In this document: in pieces, positions 12,215-24,914 of the stretch
Position numbering within the stretch: position 1 is the first letter of the stretch
How the letters are laid out: each line of letters starts with the position of its first letter
From: Felis catus
Taxonomy: Eukaryota
Direction: 5' to 3'
Length of the DNA: 64,000 nucleotides
NCBI RefSeq assembly: GCF_018350175.1
Contig: NC_058368.1
Span: 50,345,815-50,409,814, forward strand
Made by a program: the position numbers and the translations under genes
The notes under the pieces: model-generated
The model's database searches: none
Told to the model about the DNA's origin: nothing
What the model saw: the letters and a program-made list of their open reading frames with translations, nothing else

Positions 12215-12914
12215 TGTATTAGGTTTTTATTGCTATGTAATAAATGAAATAAGTTGATAATAAATGAAATAAAATATATTTATATTGCTATGTAACACAA
12301 ACTTAGTAGCTTAAAACAAAATACATTTACTAGCACACATTTTTGTAGGACAGAAGTCTGGGTGTGCTATCTGGTTAGGTTCTCCACCTACAGTCCCACG
12401 AGGCCAAAATGAAGACGTTGATGGGGCTGGTTTCTTACCTGGGGGCCCTAGGGAAAAATCTACTTCCAAGCTTTGGGTTGTTGGCTGACTTCTGTTTCTT
12501 GTGGTTGTTGGGACTGTGGTCCTCATTTTCTTACTGCCTGTCAGTAGGGGGCCTGTATCAGCTCCAGACCTGGTGCATGGTCCCTTTTATCTCAGCAGTG
12601 GAAAATCTCCCTTCTATCAAATCCTTCTCATGCTTTGAGTCTCTCTGGAACACCCTCCACTACCAACTAGAAAAATCTTTTTGCTTTTAAAGAGTTCATG
12701 TGGTTAAATTAGGCCCATGAAGATAATCCCCTATCTTCAGGTTAACAAATTAGCAAGCAACCTTAATTACATCTGCAAGACCCCTTTGTGAAATTTGGAA
12801 ACATGATCACTAGAATGATATTTCATCATATTTATAGATTCTGCACATACTAGAGGAAGGGATTATATAAGGATGATGATCACTGGGATCATTCTTAGAA
12901 TTCTACCTCCTACA
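12215..12914 (-). mobile_element. MLT1 (MaLR, MLT1E-like) solo LTR
   Basis: tgtattagg...aaacttagtagcttaaaacaa ... ccttaattacatctgcaaga ... ttagaattctacctcctaca. Confidence 0.82.
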
Positions 12915-13429
12915 TATGGGAAATAAAAAGGGATTGGAGGCTGCTGGCCAGTTAGGGCTTCCTCCTCTCACTGGAGTCTTAAGTAACAGGCTGGTTACTC
13001 GTGGTTCTTTTAGATCCATGTATCAGCATATAATGATATCTGAAGGGGATTCTCACTTAGCATTTCAGGAAGATAATGCAACAGAAAAAAATTTCTGCAC
13101 ATGCCTGAGCTCAAGCTCCATAATGCAAAATCATACACAACTCTCTACAAATGGTATGTGGTGTAATTCTATTTAGTGTCTAACTCAGTGTCACTAATTA
13201 GTCAGTGACTACTATCTGTGTAGCTGAGAAAACTGTCTTTGATCTGATTTTCAGTTGTGCATCCCCAATGCTTCTCTGCTCCTCCTTTCAGCTATTTGTT
13301 CTGGATGGCTAGATTCTTATTTCTGGGCCCTTATTATCAAATCATGGGCTTACTTCTGCATTTGTTCAAAACAACATCTTTAAGCATCAAATCTCAGGGA
13401 TTTTTTTTCCTGTATCCAATATGCTCTGC

Positions 13430-14127
13430 TGTCGTAGACTCTAAGTCTAAAGTTCTCTCTTCGCCAGCAAGACAGCGGGATGTAGGATGAAAAGCAAGAG
13501 ATGGCTAATGTCTGGGAAAAGACAGGAGCCCCAAATAAGGGTCCTTGCCTCATTTTTCATAGGATCAGAAGGCTTACAAACATGGTGATGGATGTGCACC
13601 AAGAGACAAGGAACCTGTGAACATTAACTTGGAGATGTGAGGGAATGGGAGTCTTGAAGATATTCGGGGTTAGGTGTTTGGGTTAATACAAAACAAAATC
13701 CTGGTGCCGGACAGTCGAGTGGAAGGTTGTTTACAGGGAACTTGAGGCACCACCTCTGTTTATTTTAGCTAGCCTAGGGGATGAAACAGGTAGGACACGT
13801 GACCTCAGGGTTGACAAGGCACCTTTTCTTTTGTTAATCATCTCTGCTCAGGGCAGTTTCTATTTACCTGTTGACCTAACTTGATCCTTCCCTCCTGTGA
13901 AAGCAGCTTTCTGCTATAGTACTAAATTGGGGGGCGTTTTTGCCTTGAACGCCTAACCTTGCTTACCTCATATACCTTTGTATTGGGTGCCTTTGCACCA
14001 CCCCCCCATTGGGGTCCTGATCTTGTTTACCCAAACTTGGGTGTGAGCATCCTATGGCTTTGTACTTCTTTATGCCTTGTTAACCCATTGGTGTAAGCCT
14101 GGGGGATTCTTAAGCTTATTCCCCACA
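13430..14127 (-). mobile_element. Solo LTR, 698 bp, 6-bp TSD (class II / ERVK-like)
   Basis: TGT...ACA termini; exact ctctgc at 13424-13429 and 14128-14133; minus strand starts TGTGGGGAATAAG; GC-richer than flanks. Orientation inferred. Confidence 0.85.
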
Positions 14128-14524
14128 CTCTGCAAAGTTGTAGCTGCCTCTTTATATCTTAAAAACAAAACCAGAAAAAAACAAAACCCCTCTTTATTGC
14201 ACCCAATAGTGATGGTTAAAGAAAAAAAACCTGAAAATACACACCATAAAGAGAAATGAGCTAGACAATGAGATAAGAGATGGAAAAATAACTTTAACAT
14301 ATTTGTTAAAGTTATATATATATATATATTTTTTTTTTTTCAATCTGCTTTTTATTCTGGAGAGTCTCCTTTTGTGTGCTCAGTTTTGTGACTGTTCCTT
14401 TTATTTATTTATATTGCATACACAGCCCTTCTGCAGACCTTGGAGATCTGCTTGTTGTTTCTGTCAACTGTGATTCATAGTGGCTTGCACTGTGACCTTA
14501 GTTTTAATTGTGAACTCATTCCTT

Positions 14525-14743
14525 GGGGCATCTGTGTGGCTCAGTCAGTTAAGAATCAGACTCTTGATTTCAGCTCAAGTCATGATCTCACGGTTTGTAA
14601 GTTTGAGCCCTGCATCTGGCTCTATGCAAACAGTGAGGTTTCTGCTTAGGATTCTTTCTCTCTCTCTCTCTCTCTCTCTGCCCCTCCCCTGCACATGCAG
14701 TCTCTCTCTCTCTGTCTCAAAATAAATAAATAAACTTAAAAAA
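14525..14743 (+). mobile_element. Can-SINE
   Basis: SINEC body; TSD aactcattcctt. Confidence 0.93.
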
Positions 14744-17700
14744 TATTTTTAACTCATTCCTTCCGTGGGCCTGACTCAAGCTTTTGTTTAATCCATTTAT
14801 GCCCCTGCTATTATAAATGGCCACCAACCTGCCTTTGTCCTCCTCAAGGATACTGACTCAGTAGGAGAGAACTCAGACTGCAGCTCACTTTTCTTTTCTC
14901 TTTTGAAGGAATGGGAGAGGGAGTCCTTCGGGAGACCCCTCTCCTCCAGTATGGAGAACTTTGGTTGCTGTGGATGGCAAGGAATTTCTAGCACCTCACT
15001 GGCCATCATACTGCATCAGAATCAGATGTAGAATTGTTCAGACACAAGAGAAAGATTACATTTTGTTTGTGATACTATTAATTTTTTTTTCCTGGCTAAA
15101 ACAACTCAATTTTTTTTTTTCACTTCTCACTTCATGCCCATTGATTTTGGGTAATGGGCAGTGTTATATGATTACTAAGTGAATGTTGATCAAACCATTG
15201 AGGCTAGTGGGGCTTCTTGAAATAGTTGAATATATATTTCATTTTACTTTTAATAAGAAATAGGATAGTCATTTATAACAGAAACACTTTGTACTTATTA
15301 GTAACAAAGTCCTTTTATTCATGGCAAATGACATTTCTAGAAAAGTATTCCACTAGGAATAATTATTTGGACTTTGATTTTCTGTAGAAGCAATGCTATA
15401 TGATGAATAGAACTTCATATCTGGTATTTAAAAATGTTCCTCAATTATGTACATAAGTGCACCTAATATATTGAGGCTGGAATTTGATTCCCCTCTTTTG
15501 TGATTGTCTCAGCACCTTGTGCATTATTAAAGTAATTGTGTACAAGTCTGTCCCTAATTGAAGAATCATCTCTGAGGGCATGGGCTATATTTTATTCATC
15601 TGCATGTCCCCAGAAGGTCACAATGCCTGGCATACAATAGTTATGCAGTAGTTGTTTGTTAAATAAAAAGCTAGAGAAATATCTCATTAGAAAAACTTTT
15701 CTGAAAGAAAACAAAGCTTATTATTAAAAATGAAGGAATTCATTAGTACAAGACACTTTTTTCTTAAATAACAAAATTATCTTTTTATACTATTACTTGC
15801 TTATCTTCGGTCATTATAGTTCTGATTATGAATGTAATGAATTTCAAAGGGGAAGTTTAATCTTGAGGGAATAGAACTATTCTGAGAAGTAGAAAAAAAT
15901 TTTAAAGTTCAACTAGAGTTGTATGAGTAAATGAGTAAATAAAAACAGAAAAAGAATGCTGACATAATTTTGATATTTTTTCTTTTTTTTTTAAATTTTG
16001 CTATTTTTTTGTTAACATAAGTTTTAGTTACCTCATTAAAAAGTTGTGGCCAGTGGAGGACGAACCAAGAGCTGAACCAAGTATCCGTTGTGGAACTTTT
16101 ATCATATCTCAGAAATCAAGACTTTTGTTTTTGTAATTATTAGGGACCCATGAAGCATTTTTAAAATTCCTGGGGTGTTCACAGTCTTGCTATTTTCTGG
16201 TTTTGTGTCAATGGAAAAGTGTCTCAAATTTTCCACTGTGAAGAATATTTACCCAATTGCTGTCAATCTTCTGTATTTTTGCTTCTCATTTTCAGCTACA
16301 CGTACCCAAGCACACAATCTGAGCTCCAGAGTCCTCCTTTTGTGTGTTTGCAGGACATGGTTTCTGCACAAAGAATGTAATTTCAGAGACTCGCTTGGTA
16401 GAGCAGAATGATATCCAGGGTGGGGGAAAATGGTTAAATGTGGTTTTGTTTTTGAAGAAACACTAGTTGCTAGGCAGATACATAGCTGCTGCTATAATTA
16501 AGTCACTAGAACAATTGCAAAAACTATTAATTCTTTATCTTCTTAAGTAATTTTATAACAACAGAGTTCTTGGAGTAGTGTTTAGAAGGCACTTGGAGTT
16601 GTGTATACTTTGTACAATATTCACCCTATCTGAAACCCTCAAGTATTCTATCCCAGAAGAAAGCGCTCTGGGTAATTTTATTTCCCAAGCATGAAGTACT
16701 CTGCTTGATAAATGATCTTGGTCAAATATGTTTTCTCCTTTTCTTTTTAAACTCTTTTGCCACTTTTCCTTATTAATTCATTGAACACAGGAGTTGGAAG
16801 GAATCTTATCTGGATGATCATACCATCTAGATTCTCAGGAAATGCAGACTTTGCCCTAGCACAACTCTGACAACCTCTGCTTTACACAATAATAAAAGTA
16901 ATATCCACCCTTAATCTAGTCCTATAAAAACATTATCATTAATAATTGAAAATACATCTAAGTAGTAACTGTAACATGCCCTCCCCAACTCTCACCTAGG
17001 TATTCTATTTGTGCTTTGTATGCTGAAGCTATTTGTGAACTTTCTCTTTGATCGCTTTATATAATCATCTAATTTTACCCCTCATTCCTGAACATTCACA
17101 TACTGTTGGTTCTACTGACACTTCTCATAAAATATGTAAGCCAAGGTGGTATGTCAGCTGCAAAGTGATCTCTGAATGGAAGTTATTGTTCATCAACATT
17201 ATTAACATAGAATAAGCAATCCTCCTCTTTAATCTTGAGATTTATACTATGAACTTTTAGTCTCCTTACCCTTTATCTTCTTAGTTATTAGAAACAGATG
17301 AGCAGTTATTACTTTTGCTGTTTGTCTATAAGATCAAAGGACTTCAAAGGACTCTTGTTGGTAGGAAGTAAAAAAGCCTAAATATTTTAGTAGTGTTTTA
17401 GTTTTCTGCACCTAAGTTATACTTATACAAACATAAGCATAGTATTAGCATATTAGAAATAGGTCTTTTCCCCTAGTTTTTTTTTCCAATTTATTTTTTA
17501 CTTATTTACAAGCTCAAAAAAAATATTGAGAAAACAAGACCAGGGGCAAAAAAATCACAATTTTTAATTCTCAAAACAACTTTAACTAGATCTTTTTGTT
17601 TCCATTTTATAGAGGAGGAAACCTATTTTCAGGGGAGGTACTAAATTTGCCCAAGTTTACGCCTAATAAGTGCCCTTAAAAATCCTTATATATAGAAAAA

Positions 17701-18354
17701 GGAGCAGTACAACTAGAAATCCTATAAAACAACACAAAGAATACACTCAGGTCTCCCATTTTAATAGGTCTTAGGGAAAGAGGCAAATCTAGGATAAGGT
17801 AAAGGAAAGAAATATTCATGATTATGAAGCTATAATAATTATTCAGGTAAAAATAAATCAATAATTATTTCCAGAAGATTCCAGAAAAGAAAAATAATGG
17901 GAAAAGGTAGAAGAGAGCCATCTTGAATGTTGAACTTTATGAAATGGCTTAGGAAGAATAGAAGATAATGATAGTAATACTTAATAATAATATTGCATTA
18001 TATATAAAAATAACATACCTAATACCTGTATCTTGATTTATAATTTATAGATTTGTTTCTCATATATTTCATTTATTGATGAAGATAATCATCCCAAATA
18101 AACATGAGAATTTAAAGTAGATGAAGCAAAGTTGGTCAAGTACCGCATGTATGATTCTGGATATAGGGATGTGTGTCCAGTCTTCTCCCATGACTCACGA
18201 GGTAGACATTCTGGTGACTGATAGCAAGTGTAGAACTAGAAAATAATTCAAGAAAATATTTAAAGAAATTTAAGAGACTCTGATAGATTCTCTTTATATA
18301 TTATAAAAAAAATGTGTGTGTATACCATATCATAACAATAGGAATAACCTGCCC

Positions 18355-18490
18355 AACTTAGGCAAGAGCATGAATTTGAAGTCAAGGAGGTTTGGCTTCT
18401 GATCTTAACTCACTTTTTTAAATGATGGAAACTGTCACTTGAATTCTTTGGTCTCTATTTCTTTATCTGTAAAATAAGAGGTTTGGATAA
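18355..18490 (+). mobile_element. MIR fragment
   Basis: aagagcatgaatttgaagtca...ggtctctatttctttatctgtaaaataagagg resembles the MIR core. Confidence 0.6.
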
Positions 18491-18493
18491 AAT

Positions 18494-18560
18494 CCGTGGT
18501 TCTTAGCTGTGGGTGCACTGCCCTCAAGGTGTTTTACGAATTGTGGGCATTTTCTTGTAG
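18494..18560 (+). mobile_element. MER20B-like hAT MITE 5' fragment
   Basis: ccgtggttcttagctgtgggtgcactgccc resembles the hAT-Charlie terminal repeat cagtggttctcaac. Confidence 0.4.
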
Positions 18561-19523
18561 AGGACTCTCAAGTAGTCACGCTATGGCATGGTGACACATT
18601 GGCTCTGTAAATGCCCCAAAGGGCTCTTACTGGGATTCATGCTACTTACATCCACTTGTTTAGGAGTTACTATTCATCTTTACTGATTCACCTACTGAAG
18701 GAGGACACCACCAAACAGGTTTTAGTCAGGAAAATGCTAATTTTTTTTCTAAGTTTAAGAAAGTTAGATTCCTTTAAGGAAATACTTTAAATACTCAGAT
18801 GCTTGATTCAAAGGGAAGATACTCTATAGCTGCACTGTGAGACATTCCAGTGACTTTAAAGGAAGAATCTAAGCACAAATAGGACCAGACTGCTGAAGTC
18901 AGTCCTGCCTGAATAATCTTAGGAGAATAATCCAAGCTACCTGGCCATGGTCAGGTTAAACTCAGGCTAAACCTGAGTGATCAGTTTTCTGTTGTTATTT
19001 TGTTTTATCAATTTCTATTTAAGATTACTGAACCAAACCATTCAGCCTTGACATAACCTTCCTTAGGAGAAACTCAAAGTGTTTTCAAGGGCCATTGAGT
19101 TTTACTTGAGTTTTTCAAGCAAAACTGTTTACTAAGAATTAAACACTTTATTTATACTCTCAGTGGATAGTTTAGCTTCAATTGAAGATGCTGGAAAATT
19201 CTCAGGAAGTGAGGCATGCCTCATAAAATGAGACATTTTTCTCTATTTTAGGATTATTGCTGAAGTCACAAAGCATCATGGTTTTTGAGTTTGGAATGTT
19301 TCCTGTGCTTTTATACTTTCTGCAGCACATCAAACAGAAATGATAAAGAAAGGCACTTCAGCATTGCTCTGACCTGCAGCAGTATCTCTGGAGAAATTTT
19401 GGTGGATGAAGATTTCTTCTTCAACTTTGGAAAAGCAAAAGTTAATTTGGGATAAGTCAAGATAAGCATCTAGCCTTGGTAGAAGTCTGTATGACCCAGA
19501 ATATCAACTTCTGGGAACCTTAC

Positions 19524-19660
19524 CCTTTGCTAATCTTAGCCAGCAGATTTCTGCAAGGTCGATATAACTCAGTGGAGAAGCAGCCATTATGTATGTGAGA
19601 CTTGAGGAAAGAAAGTTTCATAGATTGAAAAGTGATTGGTTGTGGTGGAACATGAAGTAT
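19524..19660 (-). other. Candidate exon (137 nt) of an unidentified transcript
   Basis: Acceptor ttttttaatttcactttttctttcag| and donor agg|gtaagg; one open frame. No homology recognised. Confidence 0.3.
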
Positions 19661-19805
19661 CTGAAAGAAAAAGTGAAATTAAAAAAGTCTGCTCCCTCCT
19701 AGATTTTGCATGAGGATTTTGAGAGCAATAGATAATCACCGTGTAATTGATTTCATTCTCAGGTAACTTGAAATACTAGTATGAAAAACACAATTAACTT
19801 TATTT

Positions 19806-20037
19806 TATTTTATTTAAAAAAATTTTTTAAAAAATGTTTGTATTTATTTTTGAGACAAAGAGAGACAGAGCATGAGCAGGGGAGGGGCAGAGAGAGAGGG
19901 AGACACAGAATCCGAAACAGGCTCCAGGTTCTGAGCTGTCAGCACAGAGCCCGACGTGGGGCTTGAACTCACAGACTGTGAGATCATGACCTGAGCTGAA
20001 GTTGGACGCTTAACCGACGGAGCCACCCAGGTGCCCC
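19806..20037 (-). mobile_element. Can-SINE
   Basis: SINEC body; degenerate TSD aacttt(t)atttt. Confidence 0.95.
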
Positions 20038-20296
20038 AACTTTATTTTTAGAAGTGAATGTTTCTTGCAGTGGTTTGAAGAGGTTTCTTACAGATTGGAT
20101 GCAAATTATAACTGTAAAATGAGGTGAAAACAGTGATTTACCAGCAACGTTTTTCCTCAGCTGCACCTGTGCTTAGTCATAAATAGTATAAGGGATCCCA
20201 GGAAGTACCATCTACTTATCACCACAGTGGAAGATAAACAGGGCAGTCCTTGGGCAAAATTAGGAAGCAGAGAATGTAAGATTTAAAAATATCTCA

Positions 20297-20510
20297 GGGG
20301 CGTCTGGGTGGCTCAGTCAGTTAAGCATTGACTTCAGCTTAGGTCATGATCTTGCGGTATGGTTTACAGGTTCCAGTCCTGGACTCTGTGCTAACAGCTC
20401 AGAGGCTGGAGCCTTCTTCAGATTCTGTGTCTTTCTCTCTGCCCCTCCCCCATTCATGCTCTGTCTCTCTTTCTCCAAAATGAATAAACACTAAAATGAA
20501 AGCAAATAAG
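20297..20510 (+). mobile_element. Can-SINE
   Basis: ggggcgtctgggtggctcagtcagttaag head, CT-rich segment, A-rich tail. Confidence 0.92.
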
Positions 20511-20560
20511 ATAATCTCAAACTTCTTTTTGTATATTGGATATATATTTTATATATATTT

Positions 20561-20778
20561 ATTTTATTTTTTTAATGTTTATTTTTGAGAGAGACAGACA
20601 GACAGACAGAATGTGAGCAGGGTAGGGGCAGAGAAAGTGGGAGACATGGAATCCAAAGTGGGCTCCAGGCTCTGAGCTGTCAGCACAGATCCACATGTGG
20701 GGCTCAAACCCACAAACCGTGAGATCACGACCTTAGCTAAAGCCGGATGCTTAACCACCTGAGCCACCCAGGCGCCCC
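20561..20778 (-). mobile_element. Can-SINE
   Basis: SINEC body ending ccacccaggcgcccc. Confidence 0.94.
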
Positions 20779-21309
20779 TGGAAGGATCTTTTTGAAAAAC
20801 AACATTCTCCCCATTATCAAGGCTCTCTCTCCTCCTTAAAAAATACCCTGAGGCGTTCTTACACCTGCTCTCCTAATTTGCTATTTTTAATTTAATGTAA
20901 ATGAATGTGAATTTCTCTTAGTGTATAATGTATTTGTATCTGTAACTATTTATCTAAGCCTTTGTTTTCCCATTAGAATATAAGCACCACTAGGATAGGT
21001 GGTATTTTTTAGCTTTTGTTTTGCTGATGTATTTCCCCAGAGATATGCACATAGTTGGTGCTCTAAAAGCATTTGCTGAGTGGATTTGAATCCAGGATCA
21101 AATTATTCAGAGGTAGAATGCCTGACTTTGGTGTGTAATTTGGTTTGGCCATTTTAGAATTTGGGGTGAAGCTCAAAAAAATTGAGGTGGGCCATCTTAG
21201 ATGACTTTGCAACTAGATAAAGTGATATCAACGCCATAAATTGTTAAGTTAGAGGTGGAATGGTTCTGCCACACAGCCTTAGTTTATTGAGATGGGAAAG
21301 AAAAGCTGT

Positions 21310-21328
21310 GGGCGCCACCTGGTGGTAA
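21310..21328 (-). promoter_or_regulatory. CTCF binding motif (strong match)
   Basis: Minus strand TTACCACCAGGTGGCGCCC versus the CCACCAGGGGGCGC core; CpG retained; unique, locally GC-richer sequence. Confidence 0.7.
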
Positions 21329-22378
21329 GTGTGCCGCTAGTCTCAGGGGCTCTCTATCACCTGGTGGAGGGGCCTATGATATGGGCCACTGGAGAGCAGA
21401 ATAGTGAGATGCACACTATCTGAGCTGTTTTGGTGTTACACCTCACTCCTGAAACCTGGAGGTACCCAAGGTGAGAAATTCCTCACAGCTGTTCATTCGA
21501 GGCCCCTCCTTTGCCCTTCTCTTCATGTTCTCCACTCCCATTTACATTCTTTTCCCTGTTCTTTCAAGGATCTTGCCTTCTTTCTGCGTGTCTCTCCTTC
21601 CTTTCTTCTGCTGCGAGGCCCCCAGGGTTGGGAAACAAGAATATGATCTCATTGCCATCTATATATCGAATATTTTATATCTTTCTGCCATAACATAGGC
21701 CTCAGACCTTTCAGCACTATCTATCGCATATGGTGAAATTTATGGTAACTTCTGTTCCTTGAACACTGACTTCATGAGAAATACGATGAGTTCCATCCTA
21801 GAAACATGCTTGCAAGATCAGCATTTTTATTAACAGTTGAGGAAATTCGGACAGAGAGAACTTGCTGGTTATAATCTAAACTATTTAAGTGTGACATGAG
21901 TATTCAGAGTTATTTCTAGTCTAGCAGGGTTTGCTCAGTCCTTGCACTAAATAGAAGAAACATTATTGAGAAAACTTTTTTTTTTTAATGTGTAAGAGAA
22001 TTGGTTTGGTTTCTTATGAAGAGTTAATTCTGCAGACCAAAGAAATGGAATTAATTGATTTTTTTATTTTTGATCTAACATACTTAAGTTGGGCTAGATA
22101 AGTTTAGAATATATGTAAAAAGCAGAAATTCTTCCTTTTCAGAAACTTGTATTTGATTATAAAGAGGAACGATTGACTTCTATCTCTTTCAGCTCTGTAT
22201 TTCTATCCCTTTTCCTATGTTCATGTCCTGTGCCAGCTCAAGTGTTTAAAAATCACTTACTCGGTGAGGCAGGGCTTCCGTGTCAGTCCCACACTGCTCT
22301 GTTGTCACAGTCTACATTCCATCCTGTTCATTCATTCCATTACTCTATCCCACAGGGGCCTAGTTGAAGTAGTTGAAA

Positions 22379-22680
22379 CCAGAGATTATAAATCGGGGGC
22401 CGAGGGGAGTGCATCTGGCCCTGAGATGTGTTTTATTTCACCCACATATCAAATTTTTTTAAAAAATTGAGCCAGCATTTAAATATTAGGAGAGTTCTCA
22501 TAAAATCCTGATTTCTAGATTATTTAAAAAAATAAGGACGCAGGTAACAATTAGCTGGAAATGAGTATCTACTGACCTGTTAATTCAGGCACATTCTTTC
22601 CAATCAGCCATCGTCTCCATCACTCCATATTATATTCCTGACTCGGAGACTAAAGTGTTCATTCACAGTGGTGAAGAGTG
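22379..22680 (+). mobile_element. MER102-like hAT non-autonomous DNA transposon
   Basis: ccagagattataaatc...atctggccctgagatgtgttttatttcacccaca...ttaggagagttctcataaaatcctgatttc. Confidence 0.6.
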
Positions 22681-23269
22681 AATATGATGACATTACAATG
22701 TTAGAATCCTCGTGCGAGGTCCACTCCATTCCACTCCACCTGTTACTTTATAGAAACCAAAGTCTGCAGACTCTGTTATAACAATCTCTACCTCTGGAAA
22801 GTGGTTGATTTGGGTAGTCCTTGTCATTTACTAACCCAAGAAGCCCTTCTGAAATGCATCTCACCATACCCAGTAATCTGGTGACTTTCACTAAGAGAAA
22901 AGGTATTTCTTAGGAATAAGATTTGAAGCCACTCTATTCCAGTGATGCAAGATCAAATCTCTAAAGGAGCCGCATTTGCCTTAGAGATATGAATTCTGCC
23001 TATTTTCCACAGTCTCTAGATCTCAGGAACCTCAGGGGTGGCTCAGGATGGTGTGTGAGTTTCTTCATACTTAGGTTAAGAACCTTGCTCAAGGTCACAC
23101 AGTTAATGAAAGGCAGGACCAGCATTCAACTTCAGGTCACCAACACTCGAAATCACTGTTCCTGGAGTTCCAGTAGTATTTGTCAACTGCACACATGAAT
23201 CTGTAAGATAGTATATAACATTATCCATACCATACAATTATAAAGATTCAGTTGGAATCTCAGAAATTA

Positions 23270-24130
23270 GAAAATTGCCTTGATTTCGTTGTCTTCTCAT
23301 CACCCTGACTACTTGATTTTGTTTTCATGAAGTATCTCGATCTGTCCATTCCTCCATGTGCACGGTCACCACCTGAGTCCAAGCAGTGACTATCTCTGGG
23401 TGGCCTGGTTTAATGGTATACCTGTGCTTCTGCGCCCTCTGCCGCCTATTCTCCACATTGCAGCTACAGTGCACTTCATACTATCTCAACCATAAATGAA
23501 ATCTTGTCATTTCTCTGCTTAAAACCCTTCTGTCAATTCTTAGGGCTCCCAGGAAAAATTCCAGAATCCTTAATGTGGCCAGAAATACCCTGACTGCGCT
23601 GCCTCTGCCTCGTCTCCATCATCACCTAGCATGGTGCTGAACTTGCCTTACAGCAGCTCTTCTGTTTCAGGGCCTTCCTAGACTTTGCCTGGGATATTCT
23701 TTTTTTTTTTTTCTTTCCTTCAAGTTTCTATTTAAATTCCAGCTGGCATACAGTGCTATATGAGTTTCAGGTGTAGAATTTAGTGACTCAACACTTACAT
23801 ACAACACCCAGTGCTCATCATTGCCTTGGATATTCTTATCCCTCTTTTTTTTTTTTGTATACTTAGCCCAAATTGATCCTTTCCAAAATTCCTTAGATTC
23901 TTCATCACTCTACTTTAGGTCTTTGGGACATGTGTACACATACATGCACACACACATTTTCTCATCATGCTTTGCATTTCCTTCATATTACTTCTTATTC
24001 TTTGTAGCTATGTAACTAATTAATTGTATTACTATTTGATTGTCAAACTCTGGATGGGGACGTGTCTCTAACTATCAGTGCCCCAGTGCTGAGCACAGAT
24101 GACATTCTTAACAAACATTCCTTCAGTTGA
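23270..24130 (+). mobile_element. L2 3' fragment, interrupted by a short L1
   Basis: tcttgtcatttctctgcttaaaacccttc...tcagtgccccagtgctgagcacag... L2-like text. Confidence 0.65.
23702..23820 (-). mobile_element. Heavily 5'-truncated carnivore L1 3' end
   Basis: Poly-T then tttcaggtgtagaatttagtgactcaacacttacatacaacacccagtgctcatca; 17-bp TSD ttgcct(g/t)ggatattctt at 23685 and 23821. Confidence 0.9.
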
Positions 24131-24914
24131 ATTCTACAAGGTACGTACTGGGATGTGGGCTTTCCCTGAAGGCTGACAAGGAAGAGGCAGAGAGGTGTTA
24201 AGGGACCCTCTTGCAGACTCTAATTCTCCTTCCTCCAGATAAGGATGTGGCTGTGCTGATTCTGAGTTACAACATTTCCTTTAATGGATGTACTTGATAA
24301 TTAGCAGAGAGTCTCCCAGAATGATGTAAGCTCTGACTGGAAAAGACTGTGGCACAGTAAAATTGGGCAAATTCTTGGATCAGACAAGTGTCATTGCATA
24401 TTGAGGGAAGTGGAAACATTTGAGGAAATACATCAGAATTCGTGTGGGATTGGTTGTAGGACTGAGAGTGCTAACCAAAGCTGATTCTCTTGGGTTCTCT
24501 CAGGTCATTTTCATGCTTCCTTGTCATAGATAATATTATCCTTACTTTATAGTACAAGTACAATACAGGTATCTCCAGCAGCCGTACTTTCCATTGGAGA
24601 ACTAGTAGCTGGGGAAGACCCCACTGAGCTGGGTTCTTTCTGCTCTGTGTGCTCCACTCACTTCTGAGAAGTTTTTATGTTCCCTTGGCTAATTAAGATG
24701 GGAACTTAATTCAACCTGCAGGGCATGTGAGAGGTGAGCTAGGTAGAAGAGTGGGATTGTCTTCTTTAGCTATTCTATGACCTTTGGAAGCATTGAAGTA
24801 CAAACAAATAAAAAATAGTTGTTTGAGATAGAATAAAAGTTTAAAATTAACTACAATTATTAGGTTGTATACTTCTCATAGTGATAGTACCCCAGTCTTA
24901 GAAGTATTTGCTAT

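Noticed and set aside
19240..19760. Possible hAT transposase fossil on the plus strand (EERKFHRLK resembling ERSFSKLK)
   Set aside because: Only a few residues are similar, there are many stops and no matching termini. The minus-strand exon reading explains the composition better.
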